Positions 58,818 to 64,000 of a DNA stretch of 64,000 bases are shown here, piece by piece (position 1 is the stretch's first letter; each line of letters starts with the position of its first letter). The stretch is taken from positions 3,180 through 67,179 of the forward strand of contig JAFDDG010000009.1 in NCBI GenBank assembly GCA_019310965.1. The letters run 5' to 3'. Under the pieces are notes generated by a model. That model searched no databases and was not told where the DNA came from. It was given only the letters and a program-made list of their open reading frames with translations. A program made the translations under genes and the position numbers. This DNA is from Deltaproteobacteria bacterium. Lineage in GTDB: Bacteria > Myxococcota_A > UBA9160 > SMWR01.

Positions 58818-59282
58818 TCAGCTCGTGCCCGGGATGTCCCGGTCGAGCAACGTGCGCCGGCCGTCGCGACGCGCGTTCTCGATGGCCGTGTCGACGGCGT
58901 CGCGCACCAGATCCGAGAGCGGGCCGAGCGCCTTGTCCGACGTGCTGAACTCGCCGTTCCGCCTCACATACTCCTTGAGACGGCTGGCGACGATCAAGAT
59001 CTCGCTCCCCGGCGCAGCGCTGTCGTCGCTGCCGAGTGTCGGTGCGCGACGACGGGGCCTCTGCTCCGCAGCCTCGTGCGAAGCCGGGGCCTCGCGCTCG
59101 ACGGCCCAGGCCTCGCGGTGATTCGCACCGGGCAGGTGCACTTCCCAGCAGCGCACGCTGCAGAACGCGAGCCCGGTGCGCTTGCGGTTGCAGGTGGAGA
59201 CGTTGCACACCCAGTAGCCACTGGCGTACGCAATCGGCTCCTTGCACACGCTGCACCGGCGCCACTGCTGCACATCACTCAT
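58818..59282 (-). CDS. Bacterial histone-fold protein with an N-terminal ZZ-like zinc finger
   Basis: C-x2-C-x12-C-x4-C-x9-C-x3-C-x3-H-x5-H, a linker, then EILIVASRLKEYVR...STS...A.RDGRRTLLDRD; GGAG RBS. Confidence 0.85.
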   Translation of the reverse strand: MSDVQQWRRCSVCKEPIAYASGYWVCNVSTCNRKRTGLAFCSVRCWEVHLPGANHREAWAVEREAPASHEAAEQRPRRRAPTLGSDDSAAPGSEILIVASRLKEYVRRNGEFSTSDKALGPLSDLVRDAVDTAIENARRDGRRTLLDRDIPGTS

Positions 59283-59468
59283 TCTCCGCGGTCCTCCCCT
59301 TGCATCTCGTCCCGGTAGCGAGCTCTCGGCGGCGAATGCTACCGCAGCCACAGGCAACGAGGGGGTCGAACACCGGCGCTATCAGCACGGCCCGGCAGGC
59401 GCCTCGCTCGCGCCGGCACGACATTCCCGACGACTCCCCCCGCGGTGCCGCTGCGGTATCCTTGCCAC

Positions 59469-59687
59469 ATGCACATCGAAATCACCTACTGCGGCGCTTG
59501 AAACTTCCTGCCTCAGGCCTCCAGTCTGGCGGCCGCGATCCAGGACTCCTTCGACGTCAAGGCCAAGCTCATCCGAGGCGACAACGGCATCTTCGATGTC
59601 AGCGTCGATGGAAAGCTCATCTACTCGAAGCACGAGACGGGGCGCTTCCCGGAGACCGTGGAGATCCTCGACGGGCTGCGCAGCTGA
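59469..59687 (+). CDS. SelW/SelT/SelH (Rdx) family selenoprotein (CxxU; UGA 59499-59501 read as Sec)
   Basis: Not in ORF track. MHIEITYCGA-U-NFLPQASSLAAAI..GIFDVSVDGKLIYSK..GRFP, 72 aa. Confidence 0.92.
59516..59534 (+). promoter_or_regulatory. Putative bacterial SECIS element
   Basis: GGCC-T-CCA-GTC-TGG-C-GGCC stem-loop starting 14 nt after the UGA; G first in the loop. Confidence 0.65.
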
Positions 59688-59878
59688 GATATCCGCGTTG
59701 TCGGCGCTCAGTCCGCCCCGTGTAGCGGAGACTGTTCACCTGCCGCGACGACACCGGTGGCACCCGCGAGCAGCTCCACGGACCGCGGCCTGTCGGCCCG
59801 AAGTTCATGATACGCTGCGCGCCTCGCAGCGAGCCCCGCGGCGGCCCGCGCCGTGCGCGTGGCAGAGGTCTTGCCGAC

Positions 59879-60280
59879 ATGGCCGAGCGCAGCTTCTTTG
59901 CCGTCTCCACGCTCCTGTGGCTGGGATACGGCGTGTACTGCTTCTTCCAACCCGGCGTGCTGGCCGAAATGGCCGGTGTCATGGGCTCGACGCCAACCGC
60001 CACCACGGAGCTGCGCGCCATGTACGGCGGCGCCCAGGCGGGCATCGGCCTGCTCTGTGCCGGCGCCTTTGCCCAGGCGACCTTGCGACGTCCGGCGCTG
60101 CTGGCGCTGCTCTTCATCGTGGGCGGCCTGGGCACTACGCGCCTGCTCGGCGCGCTGCTCGACGGCTCGTTCACCAGCTACACATTCTCGGGCCTCGGCT
60201 TCGAGTGGGCAACGATCGCTGTGGCGGCGTGGCTGCTGTCGCGAACGAGCACGCCGCCCGCGGCCACATTCAGCTCCTGA
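59879..60280 (+). CDS. DUF4345-like membrane protein
   Basis: ELRAMYGG and RLLGALLDG motifs. Confidence 0.8.
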   Translation: MAERSFFAVSTLLWLGYGVYCFFQPGVLAEMAGVMGSTPTATTELRAMYGGAQAGIGLLCAGAFAQATLRRPALLALLFIVGGLGTTRLLGALLDGSFTSYTFSGLGFEWATIAVAAWLLSRTSTPPAATFSS

Positions 60281-60348
60281 GAGGGATCGGCCTGGGCCCC
60301 GGCACCGCGCTCGGGCGAGCCGCGGCATGCGCGAGCTAGACTGCCCGC

Positions 60349-60702
60349 GTGTCGGAAACGGAAGACGCACTGCACCTTCGCACCGAAGCTGCCCTCGAGC
60401 GCGACGACCCGATCGAGCTCGAACGCATCGTCGTCGAGGTAGCGCTCGAATCCGAAGAACGCGAGTGGGCCGAGTGCACCTGCGCGCAGCTCGCCCGTCA
60501 CCGCCACGCCGGCGTGCGTGGCGGTGCGCTGCTGGGCTTCGGCCATCTGGCGCGACGTTTCGGAGCTCTCGACCGGCGCCGCGTCCAGCGACTGGTCGAA
60601 CGCGGCCTTTTCGCACACCACGAGCTGGTGCGCGAGCACGCCGAATCGGCGGCGCAAGATCTGGAGACATTCCTGGCCTGGGAGTTCGACCGGCCCCGCT
60701 AG
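60349..60702 (+). CDS. Helical-repeat protein resembling CdiI-type immunity proteins
   Basis: WAE..C..L..H....VRG.A...GHLAR..G.LD...V pattern, recognised by eye. Confidence 0.55.
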   Translation: MSETEDALHLRTEAALERDDPIELERIVVEVALESEEREWAECTCAQLARHRHAGVRGGALLGFGHLARRFGALDRRRVQRLVERGLFAHHELVREHAESAAQDLETFLAWEFDRPR

Positions 60703-61844
60703 CCGCCCATCACCTCGGCATAGGCCCAGTCGAGCCAGGGCAGCAGCGCGGCGATGTCGTCGCACTCGACGGTGGCGCCGCCCCAGATGCGCAGGCCCGG
60801 AGGTGCGTCGCGGTAGCCGGCGATGTCGTAGGCGACGCCCTCCTTCTCCAGCAGCTTTACGAGCGTCGAGATCGCCTCGCGCTGCGCCTTCTCGGACAGC
60901 GCCACGAACTCCGGCGCCACGATCGCGAGGCAGATCGATGTGCACGAGCGCGTCGCGGGGTCTGCCGCCAGGAAATCGACCCACGATGTGCGCTCGACCC
61001 AGGCCGCCACCTCGGCGAGATTCGCCTCCGAGCGAGCGATGAGCCCCTTGTTGCCGCCGTTGCGTTCGGCCCAGGCGAGCCCATCGAGCGCATCCTCCAC
61101 GCACAGCAGCGACGGTGTGTTGATGGTAGAGCCCTCGAAGATGCCGCCGATGAGCTTGCCGTTCTTGGCCAGACGAAAAACCTTCGGTATCGGCCAGGAC
61201 GGAGTGAAACTCTCGAGCCGCTCGATCGCGCGCGGCGAGAGCGCCAGCATGCCGTGGGCGGCCTCGCCGCCGAGCACTTTCTGCCACGACCACGTAACGA
61301 CATCGAGCTTGTCCCAGGCGAGCTCCATGGCAAAGACGGCAGACGTGGCGTCGCACAGGACGAGACCCTCGCGATCCCGCCGAATCCAATCGGCGCCCGG
61401 CACACGAACTCCGGAGGTGGTGCCATTCCAGGTGAAGATCACATCGTGTGCGGGGTCGATGCGCGAGAGGTCCGGCAGCGCGCCGTAGCCGGCCTCGATG
61501 ACGACGGCGTCGAGCCTCAGGTGTTTGGTCACATCCGTCGCCCAACCGGCCCCGAAGCTCTCCCAGGCCAGCACATCCACCGGCCGCGCGCCGAGCAGAT
61601 TCCACATGGCCATCTCGAATGCGCCCGAATCCGAGCCGGGCACGACGCCGAGCCGCCAGCCCTCGGGCATGCCCAGCAACGCCCGGCTGCGCTCGATCAC
61701 CGCCTGGATGCGCTGTTTGCCCGCCGGCGCACGATGGCTGCGGCCGACGACGGCATCGGCGAGCGCGGCCGAGCTCCAGCCCGGCCGCTTCGCGCACGGT
61801 CCCGACGAGAACTCCGGACGCTCGGGACGACGATCGGGCTGCAT
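60699..61844 (-). CDS. serC: Phosphoserine aminotransferase
   Basis: [24 protein letters not shown] and [13 protein letters not shown] motifs. Confidence 0.95.
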   Translation of the reverse strand: MQPDRRPERPEFSSGPCAKRPGWSSAALADAVVGRSHRAPAGKQRIQAVIERSRALLGMPEGWRLGVVPGSDSGAFEMAMWNLLGARPVDVLAWESFGAGWATDVTKHLRLDAVVIEAGYGALPDLSRIDPAHDVIFTWNGTTSGVRVPGADWIRRDREGLVLCDATSAVFAMELAWDKLDVVTWSWQKVLGGEAAHGMLALSPRAIERLESFTPSWPIPKVFRLAKNGKLIGGIFEGSTINTPSLLCVEDALDGLAWAERNGGNKGLIARSEANLAEVAAWVERTSWVDFLAADPATRSCTSICLAIVAPEFVALSEKAQREAISTLVKLLEKEGVAYDIAGYRDAPPGLRIWGGATVECDDIAALLPWLDWAYAEVMGG

Positions 61845-62097
61845 GGAGGACCTCGGGCGCAAAAAGCAGGGAAATAGCACAACCAAACTGCATCGAGCAG
61901 GCGCGCGGAATGGTCGGAACGCAGCACAAGTCTCGTCTTTCGCGACGCCTCCGCCCCGAACTCACGACACGACCTCGCCGAATCCACCATCGGCGAGCGG
62001 AGCATGCACCTTCGAGCCACGTGCTCGCGGGCACGGCCCGCGAGCTGAGCACGCGGCCCATCACCGGGAGCTGGCCCAGGCGCTATCCTCGAATGTC

Positions 62098-62376
62098 GTG
62101 CGACGCAGTGTACTCTTCGCTACCGGCCTGCTGCTCCTCGGCGGGTGTCAGGCCACACGTTCCTGGCAGGAGGGTTGCCCGGGCGTGTATTCCGGCGCGC
62201 GCTACTACGCGGACATCACGCCGACGGTGCCCTTCGACGGCAAGGTCTTCTTCACGCTGGACCTGATTCCGACGCTTCTGGTCGACACGCTGGCCCTGCC
62301 GGTCACCGCCTTCAGCGAGCCGAAGAGGCCCGCCGGTGGGTTCGTGGTCGGATGTCGCTGGGCGAAGGAACGCTAG
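62098..62376 (+). CDS. YceK/YidQ family lipoprotein
   Basis: LGGC lipobox; YSG and DL...LVDTLALP motifs. The stop TAG lies within the MITE's CTAG. Confidence 0.8.
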   Translation: MRRSVLFATGLLLLGGCQATRSWQEGCPGVYSGARYYADITPTVPFDGKVFFTLDLIPTLLVDTLALPVTAFSEPKRPAGGFVVGCRWAKER

Positions 62377-62538
62377 AGGCCATCTCCTAAACCCCGACCG
62401 AGCCAGGCGCCTGAATTCGGCCCGAGATCAAGGCGCAAAATCGCAGCCATAGCCGTCGCACCGGCGAGATTTCGCAACGCAGAGATCGGGTCGAAGGCAG
62501 GTGACTGGCGACCGAGGGGTTGTTGAGATGGCCTCTAG
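62373..62538. mobile_element. 166-bp MITE-like element, copy 2 (inverted)
   Basis: Reverse complement of 31130-31295 with about 7 substitutions by manual comparison. Confidence 0.85.
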
Positions 62539-62667
62539 ACATGCAACGCGACGGATTCCGGCGCGAGCTGACCAACGCAGGGTCGGACCTCGGAGAGAGG
62601 TGCGCATCGCACGCATCTGGCGCATCCTCGGAAGCCCCGCGGTGCGAGCCGCCTCTAGGAGAGTGTC

Positions 62668-63075
62668 GTGAGCGACGAGCAGCCCGAACAGCCCCCCGGC
62701 CTGGCCGACATCAAGGTCGATACGACCAACCTCTATCGAGAAGAGCTCATCACGGACCTGCGCGTCGCTTCGATCCGCAAGCTGACACCGATCAAGCCGG
62801 ATGGCTCGGACGACCCCAGCCGTCCCGCGCTCTTCACCGGTCAGACGACGCTGATGTCCCAGGGCGGCCCAGTGCCCGTGCAGTGCCAGCTCGAAGCCAC
62901 GACGCTCGAAGAGGCCGCGGCCCAGTTTCCCCAGGGCATCCAGGAGGCCGTCGACCGGCTCGTCGAGGAAGCCCGCGAGATCCAGCGCCGGGAGGCATCG
63001 CGCATCGTGGTGCCCGGTGAGATGCCCGCCGGCGGCCTCAGGGGCCCCGGCGGCGGCAGCGGCATCATCAGCTGA
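62668..63075 (+). CDS. Conserved hypothetical cytoplasmic protein
   Basis: NLYREELITDLRVASIRKLTPIKPDGSDD..SRIVVP; AGGAG RBS. Confidence 0.8.
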   Translation: MSDEQPEQPPGLADIKVDTTNLYREELITDLRVASIRKLTPIKPDGSDDPSRPALFTGQTTLMSQGGPVPVQCQLEATTLEEAAAQFPQGIQEAVDRLVEEAREIQRREASRIVVPGEMPAGGLRGPGGGSGIIS

Positions 63076-63196
63076 CGCTGCGGGCTCAGATCGCCCCCTT
63101 CAGGATCGCGTTCTCGAGCAAGAAGCGGGAGAGCGCCCGGGCCAGCCGAAGGTCGAGCGTCACCGGCGCGACGCTCCCTTCCCGGGAAAGCCTGCC

Positions 63197-63745
63197 TCAA
63201 TCGAGGGCGTCGACGATCTGCATCCCGACGGGCTCGTCTACCTCGAGCTCGGTCACCTCGGTGAGCCGCGCGAGCATGCTGTAGTAGCCGAGAGTCAGCA
63301 CGAGCTCGACGATTTCCCTGGGCGAAAAGTGGCTGCGCAGCTCGGCGAATAGCTCATCCGACACCTTCGCATGCTGCAGCGTGTCCGCACCGAAACGCAG
63401 CGCCGCCGAGGTCATCGCATCGAATTCAGCGGCGCTCCAGTCGCCACGTTCCACCGCCGCGATCTCCGCGGCGCTGGCTCCGACGGCCTCGGCGATGGGC
63501 ACGTGCTGCACCCACTCGTAGCGCCCCGGCGTGAGCTGCGCGGCCTGGAGGATCGCCAGCTCGCGCACTCTGGGATCGAGCTTCTGCTGGCTCAGAATCG
63601 CGGTCCCGAGATCCACCAGCGGCTGGAGACAGGTCTCCGCCTGGGCCATGAGACCGAAGATCGAGAGCTTCACGGGCATTGCTTCGAAGAGCTCGCGCAC
63701 CGGCGGCGCTGCGGTCTCCGGCTTCACGAGAGGCAGACGTGACAT
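63197..63745 (-). CDS. Carboxymuconolactone decarboxylase family protein (no CxxC)
   Basis: RELAIL..YEWVQH and EIVELVLTLGYY motifs; AAGGAGG RBS. Confidence 0.88.
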   Translation of the reverse strand: MSRLPLVKPETAAPPVRELFEAMPVKLSIFGLMAQAETCLQPLVDLGTAILSQQKLDPRVRELAILQAAQLTPGRYEWVQHVPIAEAVGASAAEIAAVERGDWSAAEFDAMTSAALRFGADTLQHAKVSDELFAELRSHFSPREIVELVLTLGYYSMLARLTEVTELEVDEPVGMQIVDALD

Positions 63746-64000
63746 GCAATCCTCCTTGCAGACATGATTCGCAATTCTGGCAGCGCATTTCAAGCAATAA
63801 ACTGAACAGCATCGAACCCTCGAGAGCGGTGGACGACAGCTCGATGTGTCGGCCATGCGCTTCGTCGCCATCGCCTGTCTGGCGTCCATGCTCCTGGTGA
63901 GCATCGTGGTGGAATTCCGGCTGACCGGCGTGGGCAGCTCCAGGCGCTGCTGCCAATGCGCGCGATCGAGCCCCAGCGGGGCTGGGGCGATCGAGCCCAA

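Noticed and set aside
61850-62090. Hairpins upstream of serC as a riboswitch-like leader
   Set aside because: Only generic GC-rich stems, and an AT-rich promoter-like patch lies between them and the start codon.
63856-64000. Possible plus-strand gene start (MRFVAIACLASMLL...)
   Set aside because: It is truncated by the window edge and becomes atypical after the hydrophobic stretch, so it cannot be supported.

Overview
GC-rich bacterial chromosome segment. The gene repertoire suggests a Myxococcota/deltaproteobacteria-like organism, but this is an inference and no marker gene was tested. It holds about 70 genes. Housekeeping genes include proS, ilvE, rnd, pepP, acs, sfsA, mutY, aroC and serC. 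A ~16 kb CoA-dependent catabolic cluster spans 20.0-35.9 kb. An accessory stretch from 36 to 64 kb is rich in hypothetical proteins and contains several broken genes. I found no rRNA, tRNA, CRISPR array, transposase or prophage gene. Signals the ORF track misses or does not explain: (1) a ~190-nt non-coding unit (8913-9104, minus strand) with a correctly spaced sigma-54 promoter, paired ends and an intrinsic terminator, convergent on RNase D; (2) two UGA-recoded CxxU selenoproteins with SECIS-like hairpins (AhpD/CMD-like 45975-46460; SelW/Rdx 59469-59687); (3) a bacterial histone-fold protein fused to an N-terminal two-zinc finger (58818-59282); (4) a 166-bp CTAG-bounded MITE in two inverted copies; (5) a 27-bp perfect inverted repeat, tandem IclR-type operators and an orphan CdiI-like protein. 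All product calls come from motif recognition by eye; no database search was run.
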